Part shown: piece after piece, positions 37,464-48,003 of the stretch
How the letters are laid out: each line of letters opens with the position of its first letter
Numbering within the stretch: the first letter of the stretch is position 1
NCBI GenBank assembly: GCA_963725865.1
Contig: CAVSAC010000012.1
Span: 1,056,001 to 1,120,000 of the forward strand
Direction of reading: 5' to 3'
Origin: Candidatus Eiseniibacteriota bacterium
GTDB lineage: Bacteria; Eisenbacteria; RBG-16-71-46
Length of the DNA stretch: 64,000 bases
Program-made: the position numbers and the translations under genes
Notes under the pieces: generated by a model
The model's input: the letters and a program-made list of their open reading frames with translations, nothing else
What the model was told of the DNA's origin: nothing
The model's database searches: none

Positions 37464-40127
37464 TCAGCGCCCCTGGAGCTGGGCGGTCCAGTCGAGGATC
37501 AGCGCGATCGTGGCGGGCGGCGGCGCGCCGGATTCGGTCGAGGCCAGGATGCGTTCGCCCGCGCCGGCGGCGAACGTGACGAGACCGGTCCGATGGAACA
37601 GCACCTGGGGCTTGCCGACATGGAGCGCCGGACCGCCGTCCACGGTCACCGACAGGAGGCTGCCGCCGCCGGGGTCGGGACGCTGGAACAGAAGCTCGCG
37701 GCCGCCGTGCGTCCAGTGCGGGCTGACGCCGCCGCTGGTCGACACCCGGGTGGCGGGCCCCGGCCCGGGGTAGGCCTGGATGTAGACCTCCGGGGTCTGT
37801 CCGCTCGCGTCGGTGGAGTAAGCCAGCCAGCGGCCGTCCGGGGACACCACGCCCTGGTCGTCCCAGCCCGGGGTGCGCACGAGGAGGCGCGCCGCCGCGC
37901 CGCCGGCGAGCGGCGCCGACCAGATGTCGAAGCGCGTCGCGGGGTCGATCGAGGAGAACAGGACGGCGCTCCCGTCCGGTGTGACGGAGGAGGGATGCTG
38001 GAACTGGGCCATGTTGGTGGCGATCCGGCGCGGCGCGCCGGCGTCGCCGATCTGGCCAAGGCATACGCGCTCGCCGTCATCGGTGCCGATCGAGTACACG
38101 AACGACCTGCCGTCCGGGAGCCAGTACGCGCCGTAGGCGTAGGTGTCGGTCGGCGAAACCCGAGAGGTCGTGCCGCGCGCCGGGTCGGAGTGCCAGATCT
38201 CGACCCGCAAGGCGGACAGCGTGCGCTCGGCGAGCGCCGAGGTGCCGTCGGGAGAGATGTCGAGCGTGGTGTAGCGCCCGGACGGGAGCGGGAACGTCCC
38301 GCCGGGTTCGCCGCCGCGGCTCAGCCACTCCACCCGCGTATCGGGGTCGCGGCGATGGAGCATGGCCAGCCGTCCGTCGCGCGCGGCGGTGGCGCGCCAC
38401 GACGCGTCGACGTCGCCCTGCGGGGGTGGATCGGCGATGGGGAGCGGGTCGCCGCGCAACGCGAGCCTCGCGGGATCGAACCGGTGTGCCACCAGCTTGT
38501 CGTCGCGGACGTAGAGCAGGTAGCCGGGCGCGGCGTACGTGACGCCCGACCCGGCGGTGAGCACGCGCTTGACCGCCTTCGAACGCAGCGAGCCCACGAA
38601 GATGTCCCAGCCGCGCGACGTGCGCGGCAGCGAGGCATACAGGAAGTGGTCACCGTCGGGCAGGAACCAGGGCATGCGGTGCGCGGTCTCGTGGCGGCTG
38701 GTGTCGAGCGCGGTGGCCAGCCGCGCCTCGCCGCCGCCCGCCGAGACTCGGTAGAGCGGTCCGTTGGGCGCGGGGGAGAAGACGATGTCCCCGCCCTTGC
38801 CCCAGGTCGCGCCGCGCGACCACGTCACGTCGCAGAGCGAGACCGGCGAGCCGCCTTCGGCCGGCACCTTCCAGAGGCGCGCGTCGTCGCCCGTGGTGGC
38901 GAAGCCGAGGTAGCGGCTATCGGGGGACCAGAACACGTCGGAGACCGCGGTCGCGTCGCCGACCCGGCGCGCGGCCGGCGCGTCGAGATCGCGCACCCAG
39001 AGCTCGTCGGCGCTGGAATCGGCCACCACGTAAGCGATGCGCCGGCCGTCGGGCGAGATCGCCACGGCCGCGGGGAAGGGGGCGATCGTGCCGCCGGCCT
39101 CGTGGGTGACGGACATGTGCAGGTGCGGGTCGCCCGCCGGGCGCCCCAGTCCGCGCCAGGCTGCGAACGCGGCCAGCGCGAGCCCGAGTGCGAGCACCGC
39201 CCCCGGGAGGGCCCACCGACGCGCGGCGGTTGACGCCGCGGCGGCCGGCTGCGGCGCGCCCCCGCCCGCCAGGATCTCGCCGAGCTCGACGCGCGCGTCG
39301 CCGATGTCGCGCAGCCGTTCCTTCGCGTCCTTGCGCAGGCAGCGCCGGAGCAGCTCGCGCACCCGCGGCGGCGTGGTCGCCGGCAGCGCCGACCAGTCGG
39401 GCTCGCGCTCGAGGATGCGCGCGATCAGGTCCGAGACCGTCTCGCCCTCGAACATCGGCCGGCCGGCGAGACACTCGTAGAGCACGCAGCCGAACGACCA
39501 GATGTCGGTGCGCCGGTCCACCGCCCGGCCGCGCGCCTGTTCGGGGGACATGTAGGCGGCGGTGCCGAGGATCACGCCCGCAGCGGTCGGCGTGTAGGCC
39601 CGGGTCGGCGAGGCCGAGAGGTTCGGATCCGACCCCGTGCCGCTGGCCGCGCCGCCCTTCGCGAGCCCGAAGTCGAGCACCTTGACCTGGCCGCCGGGGG
39701 TCAGCTTCACGTTTCCGGGCTTGAGGTCGCGGTGGACCACGCCGCTCTCGTGCGCCGCCTCGACGCCGGCCGCGATCTGACGGCAGACCTCCAGCGCCTC
39801 GTCGAACGCCAGCGGGCCGTGGGCGAGCCGCTCCGCGAGCGTGGGGCCCTCGACGTACTCGAGCACCAGGTAGCGATGGCCCGCGACCTCCTCGAGGCCG
39901 TGGATGCCGGCGATGTTCTGGTGCGAGAGCGAGGCGAGCAGTCGGGCCTCGCGCTCGAAGCGCGCGAGGCGCTCGGGATCGCGCGCGAACGCGTCGGGCA
40001 GCGCCTTGATGGCGACGTCGCGACCGAGCCGCGGATCACGGGCGCGCCACACCTCGCCCATGCCGCCCGCGCCCAGCAGGTCGACGACCTCGAAGGGGCC
40101 GAGCTTCGCGCCGGGGACGATGTTCAC
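37464..40127 (-). CDS. Hanks-type Ser/Thr kinase with a TM segment and TolB/PD40 beta-propeller
   Basis: LGAGGMGEV, VAIK, HRDLKPGN, DFGLAK, YMSPE, then repeated SPDG motifs. Confidence 0.92.
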   Translation of the reverse strand: MNIVPGAKLGPFEVVDLLGAGGMGEVWRARDPRLGRDVAIKALPDAFARDPERLARFEREARLLASLSHQNIAGIHGLEEVAGHRYLVLEYVEGPTLAERLAHGPLAFDEALEVCRQIAAGVEAAHESGVVHRDLKPGNVKLTPGGQVKVLDFGLAKGGAASGTGSDPNLSASPTRAYTPTAAGVILGTAAYMSPEQARGRAVDRRTDIWSFGCVLYECLAGRPMFEGETVSDLIARILEREPDWSALPATTPPRVRELLRRCLRKDAKERLRDIGDARVELGEILAGGGAPQPAAAASTAARRWALPGAVLALGLALAAFAAWRGLGRPAGDPHLHMSVTHEAGGTIAPFPAAVAISPDGRRIAYVVADSSADELWVRDLDAPAARRVGDATAVSDVFWSPDSRYLGFATTGDDARLWKVPAEGGSPVSLCDVTWSRGATWGKGGDIVFSPAPNGPLYRVSAGGGEARLATALDTSRHETAHRMPWFLPDGDHFLYASLPRTSRGWDIFVGSLRSKAVKRVLTAGSGVTYAAPGYLLYVRDDKLVAHRFDPARLALRGDPLPIADPPPQGDVDASWRATAARDGRLAMLHRRDPDTRVEWLSRGGEPGGTFPLPSGRYTTLDISPDGTSALAERTLSALRVEIWHSDPARGTTSRVSPTDTYAYGAYWLPDGRSFVYSIGTDDGERVCLGQIGDAGAPRRIATNMAQFQHPSSVTPDGSAVLFSSIDPATRFDIWSAPLAGGAAARLLVRTPGWDDQGVVSPDGRWLAYSTDASGQTPEVYIQAYPGPGPATRVSTSGGVSPHWTHGGRELLFQRPDPGGGSLLSVTVDGGPALHVGKPQVLFHRTGLVTFAAGAGERILASTESGAPPPATIALILDWTAQLQGR

Positions 40128-40429
40128 GCGGTGCCCGGAGGGCGCGCGCCGACGCGCGTGCGGCGCGGACGCGTCCGCGCCCGCGGCGCGCGCGCTGGTC
40201 CCTCTGCCGGTGCGGCCGCTGCGCGGGCCGGAGCCGGACGCGGGCCGATGAGTCGGATAGCGCACGCGAGGGCCATCAAAGTCGACCTCGAATCACGGGG
40301 TAGGGAGACGGTCGTGTGGGCAGCACGCCAGGCAGCAGGCGCCTCGGAGTGGCGCGCAAGCTACCACAGCCCGCAGGCGGTTCAATGCCCTTCCGCGCCG
40401 CGGGGCAGGCCGCGGGCCGCGCCGTGCGC

Positions 40430-41260
40430 TCAGCCGGCGCCCAGGCGGCGGAGCGTGGCCACCAGCCCGCGCAGCAGGTCGCGACCCGAGCGGCCCCCGG
40501 TGGCCAGCAGGATGGTCGCGGCCGCGGCGAGCGCGAGCGGATCCACGGGGGCGAGCGCCAGCGCGTCGAGCACTCCGAGCACCGGCTCGGCGTGATAGCC
40601 CTCGACGGCCGCGAGCAGCAGCTGGGTCGAGAACGCGGTGGTGCGCGCGGGCGCACCCGGCCGCGATGCGAGGCGCACGGCGCCGCCAAGTGCGGTGTGG
40701 AGACCGCGCGCCGCCGGGGCGGCGTCGCGGGCCAGGTCGAGCGCGGCCAGCGCCCCCAGCACCATGTCGTCTCCCGAGGGCGTGAGCCCCGGGCCGAGCC
40801 CGATCACGCCCGCCAGCACCGCCGGACCGCCGCCCGCGCGGAAGGCGCCGAGCGCGGCCTCGAGCGCCTCGTCTCCGGGATCGTGCAGCCGCTCGGCGCC
40901 GGCTGCCAGGCGGGTCTCGAGCGCCGCGACGGCCCGCGGCTCGATCCGTCCGGGCCGCGCGATCAAGCGCAGCTCGGGCCGCTCGGCGCCGGCGAGGCGG
41001 ATCGTCACGTCGGTGTCGGCCGCCGGCAGCGGCACGCCCGGCGCGAGGATCACCGCCCACGGATGGAGCGGCGAGCCGGCGGGCAGCACGGCGAGCCGTG
41101 CGCCGTCGGGCAGCCCCACGAACGCGGCGCGCGAGTGGGACCCGAGCACTCGCGCGCGCGGGCCGGCCGCGAGCGCGCCGGCCGCGAGCGGACCGGCGCG
41201 GCTCGCGGGCACCGCGGTGAGCGGCGGGCTCAGCGCTTCTTCGCGTGCAGCTCGGGGCAC
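40430..41260 (-). CDS. DUF2877 / YlbF (AllH)-like protein
   Basis: IGLGPGLTPSGDD, RTT..S..LL, G..SG.D motifs. Start codon uncertain. Confidence 0.8.
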   Translation of the reverse strand: MPRAAREEALSPPLTAVPASRAGPLAAGALAAGPRARVLGSHSRAAFVGLPDGARLAVLPAGSPLHPWAVILAPGVPLPAADTDVTIRLAGAERPELRLIARPGRIEPRAVAALETRLAAGAERLHDPGDEALEAALGAFRAGGGPAVLAGVIGLGPGLTPSGDDMVLGALAALDLARDAAPAARGLHTALGGAVRLASRPGAPARTTAFSTQLLLAAVEGYHAEPVLGVLDALALAPVDPLALAAAATILLATGGRSGRDLLRGLVATLRRLGAG

Positions 41261-42096
41261 AGGGCGCCCGCGATGTCGCCGTGCTTGGTGAGCTTGCAGC
41301 CGGCCTTCTTCTTCATCAGCTCCGCGTGGCGCGCGTCGTCCACGAACGCCACGATGCGCGCGATCGACGCCTCACCGTCCACGAACCGCCACGGGAAGCA
41401 GCCCACCGTCACGCGCTGGTTGAGCAACAGGTCGAGGTCGCCGCCCAGGCACTCGGCATGGATGATGCCGTGGTTGAACATCTCGATGTGCATGAGCTGG
41501 TACTTGCTGTCGTCGAAGTACTCCGCCAGCGGCTTGCCGTACTTGGTGCGGAAGTGCTGGTCGGCCTGGCGCGCCTGGCGCGGCATCCAGTCGCGGATGA
41601 TGGTGTTCATCGGATGGTCGGCGCTGCCGCAGTCCACGCCGATCCAGCGGATCTTCCGCCGCTTGCACCACTCGGCGAACTCGCGATCGGGGCCGGGGTG
41701 CTTGACCATGTACGCGATCTCGTCCGCGGTGGGCTGGTCCCAGCCGTAGTGGTGGTAGCCGGTGTGGATGATCAGGATGTCGCCGTCCTTCACCTCGACA
41801 CGCTCCTCGACCATCTTCGACGTGTAGACGTCGTAGTCGCCGCAGCAGTCCGACAGGTCCACCACCGCCGCCTCGCCGACCAGCCAGTCGAGCGACAGCG
41901 AGGCGATGTCCTTGCCCGGCGTGTAGAAGTGGATCTCGCCGTCCAGGTGGGTACCCAGGTGGTTGGAGTGCGTGATCACCTGGCCGTTCGCGCCGTTGGG
42001 CGCGAGGCGCTTGAAGTACTTCACCTGGAGCGGCTCGTAGGTGGGCCAGGCCGGCGTGCCGATGCCGAGTGGGATGGTGAGGTCGATCAGCTTCAT
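41230..42096 (-). CDS. Cyclase family metal-dependent amidohydrolase (KynB-like)
   Basis: IDLT, NHLGTHLDG, GDILIIHTG, IGVDCGSADHP, IHAECLGG. Confidence 0.88.
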   Translation of the reverse strand: MKLIDLTIPLGIGTPAWPTYEPLQVKYFKRLAPNGANGQVITHSNHLGTHLDGEIHFYTPGKDIASLSLDWLVGEAAVVDLSDCCGDYDVYTSKMVEERVEVKDGDILIIHTGYHHYGWDQPTADEIAYMVKHPGPDREFAEWCKRRKIRWIGVDCGSADHPMNTIIRDWMPRQARQADQHFRTKYGKPLAEYFDDSKYQLMHIEMFNHGIIHAECLGGDLDLLLNQRVTVGCFPWRFVDGEASIARIVAFVDDARHAELMKKKAGCKLTKHGDIAGALCPELHAKKR

Positions 42097-42136
42097 GGTT
42101 CCTCCGGGAGCGGGACGGACGCGCGTGCGGGACCTC

Positions 42137-43579
42137 TCACGCGCCGGCCCCGAGGGTGTCGACGAATGCGAGCAGGGCGTCGCGGAAACACTCGAACGGC
42201 GGCTTGACCAGTCCGGCGCCGACCATGCCGACGCCCGGCGTCTTGTGCGCGATGCCGGTGTTGACCACCGGCACCACCCCGGTCTCGACCACCTTCAGCA
42301 GATCGATCCCGGTCGCGGTGCCGCGGAAGTCGAGCGCCGGGATCTTGTAGGTCGGATGCTCCGCGAGCGTGATGTCGTACATGCGGCGCGTGTACCCGAG
42401 CGCCTGCGCGGCGGTGCCGCCCACGAACTGCACGATCGCCGGCGCGGCCGCCATCGCCATGCCGCCGAGGCCGGCGGTCTCGGTGATCACCGAATCCCCG
42501 ATGTCCGGCGCCGCGTCGGCGGCGGTGAAGCCGGGCAGGTAGAGCCCGTCCACCATCGGAGCGGGGGCGGTGAACCAGCGGCCGGGCAGCGCGGCGATCT
42601 GGATGCCGAAGTCGGTCCCGTTGCGCGCCATCACCGTGACCATGGTGGAGTGCGGCACGCCGGCGGTGGGATCGAGCGCGGCCTTGCTGGCCGCCATCGA
42701 GAGGTTGAGGAAGAAGTGGTCGTTCGAGTCGAGGAAGCGCAGCACCTTCGCGACGTCCTCGGCCGGCGCGCCGACCCGCACCAGGTGGGGCGCGAGCGTG
42801 CGGATCAGGAGCGAGGTCGCGGCGCGATTGCGGTTGTGCACCTCGTCTCCCATCTGCAGCGCCTGCGCGATCAGGCTGCGCAGGTCGAGCGGCCCGTGCG
42901 CCGCCAGTGCGCGGGCCAGCAGCGGCGCGAGCACCCGCTCCATCCATCGCAGCCGCTCGATCACCTCGGCGTCGTACGCGCCGTAGCGCAGCACCTTGCC
43001 GAGGCCCTCGTTGAGCGTGGCGTAGGCGCGGTTGCCGAACGCCGCGTTCTCGACGATCCACACCGGCATCGAGGCGGTCACCACGCCGGCCATCGGGCCG
43101 ACGCTCTGGTGATGGTGGCAGGGCGCGAATCGCACGCCGCCGGACGCCGCGAGCGTCGCGGCCTCGTCGGGAGTCGCCGCCAGCCCCTCGTACACCAGCG
43201 CGCCCATCACCGCGCCGCGGGTGGGGCCGCTCATGCGCTCCCACGTCACGGGCGGACCCGCGTGGAGCACGAGGTCGGCGCGCATGCCCGGGATCGCGTC
43301 CTGCGCGCGCGCGATGCCGACGATCGCGGGCTTGGCCTTCAACAGTCGATCGACCGACTCGCGGGTGCCGCGCGCGATCGCGGGCAGCACCGCGCCGTCG
43401 GTGCCGAGGCAGCGGTCGAGCGCCTCGGCCAGCTGCGGGTCGCCACCGGCGGGCGGGCGCCAGTCCACCTCGATCGCGGTGCCGCCGGCGCGCCGCAGGT
43501 CGGTCGCGAACGAGCCGAGACCCGCGTTCACCACCACCAGGTCGCCGGCGAAGAGCGCGAGCAGCGGAGCGGTGTCCAT
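42137..43579 (-). CDS. DUF1116 / YlbE-YahG (AllG)-like protein with a fused FdrA-C-like N-terminus
   Basis: DWRPPAGG, LHAGPP, VGPMAG, NEGLGKVLRYG, MGDEVHNRN, FFLNL, ARNG, DIGDS..ET.G.GG, NTGIAH. Confidence 0.9.
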   Translation of the reverse strand: MDTAPLLALFAGDLVVVNAGLGSFATDLRRAGGTAIEVDWRPPAGGDPQLAEALDRCLGTDGAVLPAIARGTRESVDRLLKAKPAIVGIARAQDAIPGMRADLVLHAGPPVTWERMSGPTRGAVMGALVYEGLAATPDEAATLAASGGVRFAPCHHHQSVGPMAGVVTASMPVWIVENAAFGNRAYATLNEGLGKVLRYGAYDAEVIERLRWMERVLAPLLARALAAHGPLDLRSLIAQALQMGDEVHNRNRAATSLLIRTLAPHLVRVGAPAEDVAKVLRFLDSNDHFFLNLSMAASKAALDPTAGVPHSTMVTVMARNGTDFGIQIAALPGRWFTAPAPMVDGLYLPGFTAADAAPDIGDSVITETAGLGGMAMAAAPAIVQFVGGTAAQALGYTRRMYDITLAEHPTYKIPALDFRGTATGIDLLKVVETGVVPVVNTGIAHKTPGVGMVGAGLVKPPFECFRDALLAFVDTLGAGA

Positions 43580-45129
43580 CAGCCGATCCTCCCGAGGATG
43601 GCCGCCGCGAGCGCCGCGGCGGCGCGGTTGTCGGGCGCCACCACGATGTCCGCCGCCGCGAGCGTGCGGACCTGCGCGCGGAAGTCCTGCGGATCGTCGT
43701 CGGTGCCGGTGACCGAGGCGATCGCCACCAGCCGCCGGCCGCCGGCCGCCACGCGGGCGGCCCGCACGCCGTCGGCCAGCACGCCCGCCGGGTCGGGGTG
43801 CGACCCGTAGCCGATCACGCAGTCGAACAGCAGCACGCCCACCGCCGCGGTCGCCACCTCGAGCGTCAGGCGCTCGTTGCGCAGCTGGGGCTCGATCATC
43901 GGGTGGGGCCGCCCGCGCGTGAACAGGTCGTCACCGAGGTCGAGCAGCAGGTGCCCGCACCCGCCGCCGCCGGCTGCCCCGGGCTCGGCGCCGTCGATGC
44001 GCAGCGGGCCGTGCTTGTGGAGGTTGGAGCGCACGGCGAGCCCGGCGCGGCCGAGCAGCACCAGCGCCTCCTGCCCGGTGGTGCCGCCACAGAACAGTCC
44101 GCGCAGCTGCGCGCCGGGCGCGAGTCCGCGCGCGAGCGCCGCGACCTGCGCCGCATCCGGGGCGGAGTCCGCGATCGCGAGGCCCGGCACGCCCGCGAGC
44201 CGGCAGGCGAGCGCGGCGGCACCCGCCAGCGAGTCGGCGAACACGATGCCGTGCGCGGCGTCGTCCACGCGCGGCGCGTCGCCCACGAAGTGCACGACGC
44301 ACGGCTTCGGTGTGGCCGCCAGCGCGGCGATCACTTTCGCGGCGACCGCGGAGGCGGGGGGCTTCGAGACCACCACGATCACCGCGGTGGCGGGGTCGGC
44401 CGCGAGCGCCTCGATCCCGAGGCGCGCCATCAGTCCGTCGACCGCCTCCGTCAGGTCGCGACCGCCGGTGCCGATGGCCTGGGACACGCCGCCGCCGAGG
44501 CGATGGATGACGCTGCTGACCTCCTGGATGCCGGTGCCGGCGGCGCCCACGATGCCGATCGGGCCGCGCCGCACCGCATTCGCGAACGCCAGCGGCAGGC
44601 CGTTCACGATCGCGGTGCCGCAGTCGGGGCCCATCATCAGCAGCCCGCGCTCGACTGCCGCGCGCTTGAGCGCCACTTCGTCCGCCAGCGCCACGTTGTC
44701 CGAGAACAGCATCACGTGGCGCCCGAGCGCCAGCGCCCGCCGCGCCTCGCGCGCCGCGTGCTCGCCGGGAACCGAGATGAGCACCAGGTTGGCCTCGGGA
44801 TGCGCCTGCACCGCGGCCGCCAGAGACGCCGGCCGCACGCGCTCCTCGCCGCCGACCGTCCGCGCGGACAGCAGCCGCGCGAGCTCGGCCTCGACCACCT
44901 CCGGGGTGCCGTCCCCGCCCTTCACCGCGATGACGAGGTCGTTGGCTCCCGCGCCGGAGAGGGCGGCGCCGCCGTAGCCCTGGGCGACGAGCAGCTCGCG
45001 GTTGTGCGGGGTGCCCATCGCCACCGTGGCGTCCGCGACCCCCGGCAGGCCGCGCAGCGCCTCCGAGAGTCGCATCAGCAGCACCGAGTCCTGGTACGCG
45101 TCGCGTCGCACCAGCACGTGGACGGCCAT
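43579..45129 (-). CDS. fdrA: FdrA/YahF (AllF)-like acyl-CoA-synthetase-fold protein
   Basis: YQDSVLLM, MGTPHN, ISVPG, FSDNV, MGPDCGT, GTGIQE, IGTGGRDL, SKPP, DLGDD.FT.GRPHPMI. Confidence 0.88.
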   Translation of the reverse strand: MAVHVLVRRDAYQDSVLLMRLSEALRGLPGVADATVAMGTPHNRELLVAQGYGGAALSGAGANDLVIAVKGGDGTPEVVEAELARLLSARTVGGEERVRPASLAAAVQAHPEANLVLISVPGEHAAREARRALALGRHVMLFSDNVALADEVALKRAAVERGLLMMGPDCGTAIVNGLPLAFANAVRRGPIGIVGAAGTGIQEVSSVIHRLGGGVSQAIGTGGRDLTEAVDGLMARLGIEALAADPATAVIVVVSKPPASAVAAKVIAALAATPKPCVVHFVGDAPRVDDAAHGIVFADSLAGAAALACRLAGVPGLAIADSAPDAAQVAALARGLAPGAQLRGLFCGGTTGQEALVLLGRAGLAVRSNLHKHGPLRIDGAEPGAAGGGGCGHLLLDLGDDLFTRGRPHPMIEPQLRNERLTLEVATAAVGVLLFDCVIGYGSHPDPAGVLADGVRAARVAAGGRRLVAIASVTGTDDDPQDFRAQVRTLAAADIVVAPDNRAAAALAAAILGRIG

Positions 45130-45138
45130 CGCGCGGCC

Positions 45139-48003
45139 CTACTTCCGGACCGCGTCGAGCGCGGGCGGCGTCGCCGGCGCGGCCGCGTGCTTGAGCGTCA
45201 GGAACACCCGCTCCGGATCGAGCGGCAGCTCGAAGAACTCCACGCCGGTCGCGTTGGCGACCGCGTTGCCGACCGCGCTCGGCACCGAGACCATCGGATG
45301 CTCCGCGAGGCCGCGCGCGCCGTAGGGGCCCTGCGGGTGCGGCGTCTCGACGAACAGCTGCACCATCTCGGCGGGGATGTCCTTGGCGGTCGGGAGCTTG
45401 AAGTCGACGAAGCTGTTGTTGAGCATCCGGCCGCCCTGGAACACCAGCTTCTCGACCAACGCCGAGCCGAGGCCCTGCACCACGCCACCCACCACCTGCG
45501 CCTTGCACTGCTGCGCGTTCAGCACCCGGCCCGGATCGAACGCCGAGACCACCTTGTGCACGCGGATGTGCCCGGTGTCGGTGTCGACCTCGAGGTCCAC
45601 CGCGTGCGCGCCGTAGGTCCAGTTGAGCGCCGGCAGCCCCTGGCCGGTCTGCGGGTCGAGATTGGTCAGCCCGGTCGCGATGTAGCGTCCCTTGCCGATC
45701 ACCGGCCCGCCGATGCTGGAGCCATCGGGGAACGTGTAGCCCAGCACGATCTGGCTGTAGTCGAGCGTGCGCTCGGGCTTCCCCTGCACCCACACCTTGC
45801 CGTTGCCGCACTCGATCATCCCGGGCGGCGCGTGCAGCACGGTGCCGGCGGTGGCGCGGATCTGGTCGAGGCACTCCTTCGCCGCCGCGATGATCGCGTT
45901 GCCGCCCATCACCGTGAGGCGGCTCGCCACCGTCTGCCAGTCGTAGGGCGTGTAGTCGGTGTCGCAGTCCCAGGGCACGTGGACCTTCTCGAGCGGGATC
46001 CGCAGCTCGTCGGCCGCGATCTGGGCGAACGTGGTGTAGGTGCCCTGACCGTAGTCGACGCCCGAGACCAGCACGTTCGCGCTGCCGTCGCCGTTGAACA
46101 GGATGGTGGCCGACGACGAGGTGAACGTCGGCATCGCGGGCGCCTTGTGCAGCATCGCGATGCCCTTGGCGCGCACCACGCCGCTGCCGGGCTTCACCGG
46201 CTGCGTCGCGCGCGCCCTGGGGTCCCAGCCGATGCCCTCGGCGACCAGCCGCAGGCACTCGTCGGGCCGGCCGTGGCCGGGCGTGAACAGCTCGCCGGTG
46301 ATGGTGGTCTCGCCGGGGCGCAGCAGGTTCGTGCGGCGGAATTCCACCGGGTCGAGTCCGAGCGCGTGCGCCACCATGTCCATGTTGCGCTCGACGCCCC
46401 ACATCACCTCGAGGTGGCCGAAGCCGCGATAGGCGGTGCCGAACACCTTGTTCGTGTACACCACCAGCGAGTCCAGCTTGCAGTTCGGCACCACGTAAGG
46501 GCCCGCGCCGGCGTAAGCGGCCGCGCGCCCGATGTTGACGCCGTAGTCCGCGTAGGCGCCGGCGTCCCACAGGTAGGTGATCTCGAGCGCGGTCAGGCGC
46601 CCGTCCTTCGTGACGCCGGTCTTGATGACGCTCGACAGGCCCTGGCGGGACGGCAGCGTGTTGAACTCCTCCTCGCGCGACGCCACGATCTTCACCGGGC
46701 GGCCGTGCGCGGCCTTCGACAGGCAGTACACCAGCGGCTCGAGGTGGATGCCGGCCTTGCCGCCGAAGCCGCCGCCCACGTACGGCACCTTCACGCGCAC
46801 CCGCTGGAGCGGCAGGCCGAACGTGTGGCAGAACAGGTAGCGCACCGCGAACGGCGACTGCGCCGAGGTGATGATCTCGATCTGGCCGTCGAGCCGCGCG
46901 GTCGCGATCGCGGTGTGGGTCTCCATCGGCGCGTGCGGGGCGGGCGGATTCTGGAAGCGGAACTCGAACACCCGGTCGGCGGCCGCGAAGCCCTTCGCGA
47001 CGTCGCCCTTGCGGATGCGCTGGTGGTGGGCGACGTTGTGGCCCGGCTCGGGGAAGAACACGCCCTTCATCCACGAGTAGTCCGCGATGTCGGGATGCAC
47101 CTGGCGCGCGCCCTCGGCGAGCGCCTCGTGCACGTCGTGCAGCGGCTCGAGCACCTCGTACTCCACCTCGATCGCCGCGCACGCCGCGCGCGCCTGCTCG
47201 ACCGTCTCGGCCGCCACCGCGGCGACCGCCTCGCCCTGGTGGCGCACCACGCCGCGGGCGAGGATGTCCTTGTCCTCCATGTACAGCCCGACCTTGTACG
47301 GCAGATCGTCCCCGGTCAGCACCGCGTGCACGCCCGGCATCGCGCGCGCCTTCGCGGTATCGACGCGGCGGATCCGCGCGGAGGCGTGCGGCGAGAGCAG
47401 CAGCCGCGCGTGCAGCATCCCCGGCAGCGTCATGTCGTGCACGAACGTGGCCGAGCCGGTGACCTTGGCGGCGGCGTCCACGCGATTCGCGCCGGTGCCG
47501 ACGAACGGCGATGCCACGGGCGCGGCGGCGTGGTAATCGCCGCGCGCCACCGCCTCGACGGCGTCGATGAGCGGTTCGTAGCCGGTGCAGCGGCAGTAGT
47601 TCCCGGCCAGCGCCTCGACGATCTGGGCGCGCGTGGGTCGGGGTGTGCGAGCCAGCAGCGCGCGCGCGGAGTTGATCATGCCGGGGATGCAGAAGCCGCA
47701 CTGCACGGCGCCGAAGTCGACGAACGCCTGCTGCAGGTCGGACAGAACGCCATGGCTCGCCATCGCGGCCTCGGCGGTCTCGATGACGGCCCCGTCGGCC
47801 TCGGCCGCCAGCACCAGGCACGCGTTGACCGGGGCGCCGTCCAGGATCACGGTGCAGAGGCCGCACTCGCCGATGCCGCAGCCGCCCTTCACGCTCGGCT
47901 GGTGAAGCGGGCCCTTGAGCAGCTCGAGCAGCGTGCGGTGCGCCGGGACCTCGAGCGTCGAGATCTGTCCGTTCACGGTCAGGGTGATCGGTACGGTGCT
48001 CAT
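45139..48003 (-). CDS. Xanthine-dehydrogenase-family molybdoenzyme: [2Fe-2S] subunit fused to the Mo-binding subunit
   Basis: GCGIGECGLC, QCGFC, CRCTGY, then GGGFGGK, AYRGFG, GQG, VASR, GLAEHP. Confidence 0.92.
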   Translation of the reverse strand: MSTVPITLTVNGQISTLEVPAHRTLLELLKGPLHQPSVKGGCGIGECGLCTVILDGAPVNACLVLAAEADGAVIETAEAAMASHGVLSDLQQAFVDFGAVQCGFCIPGMINSARALLARTPRPTRAQIVEALAGNYCRCTGYEPLIDAVEAVARGDYHAAAPVASPFVGTGANRVDAAAKVTGSATFVHDMTLPGMLHARLLLSPHASARIRRVDTAKARAMPGVHAVLTGDDLPYKVGLYMEDKDILARGVVRHQGEAVAAVAAETVEQARAACAAIEVEYEVLEPLHDVHEALAEGARQVHPDIADYSWMKGVFFPEPGHNVAHHQRIRKGDVAKGFAAADRVFEFRFQNPPAPHAPMETHTAIATARLDGQIEIITSAQSPFAVRYLFCHTFGLPLQRVRVKVPYVGGGFGGKAGIHLEPLVYCLSKAAHGRPVKIVASREEEFNTLPSRQGLSSVIKTGVTKDGRLTALEITYLWDAGAYADYGVNIGRAAAYAGAGPYVVPNCKLDSLVVYTNKVFGTAYRGFGHLEVMWGVERNMDMVAHALGLDPVEFRRTNLLRPGETTITGELFTPGHGRPDECLRLVAEGIGWDPRARATQPVKPGSGVVRAKGIAMLHKAPAMPTFTSSSATILFNGDGSANVLVSGVDYGQGTYTTFAQIAADELRIPLEKVHVPWDCDTDYTPYDWQTVASRLTVMGGNAIIAAAKECLDQIRATAGTVLHAPPGMIECGNGKVWVQGKPERTLDYSQIVLGYTFPDGSSIGGPVIGKGRYIATGLTNLDPQTGQGLPALNWTYGAHAVDLEVDTDTGHIRVHKVVSAFDPGRVLNAQQCKAQVVGGVVQGLGSALVEKLVFQGGRMLNNSFVDFKLPTAKDIPAEMVQLFVETPHPQGPYGARGLAEHPMVSVPSAVGNAVANATGVEFFELPLDPERVFLTLKHAAAPATPPALDAVRK

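Noticed and set aside
45139..48003. Aerobic CO dehydrogenase CoxL
   Set aside because: The active-site loop reads AYRGFG, not AYXCSFR (form I) or AYRGAGR (form II).
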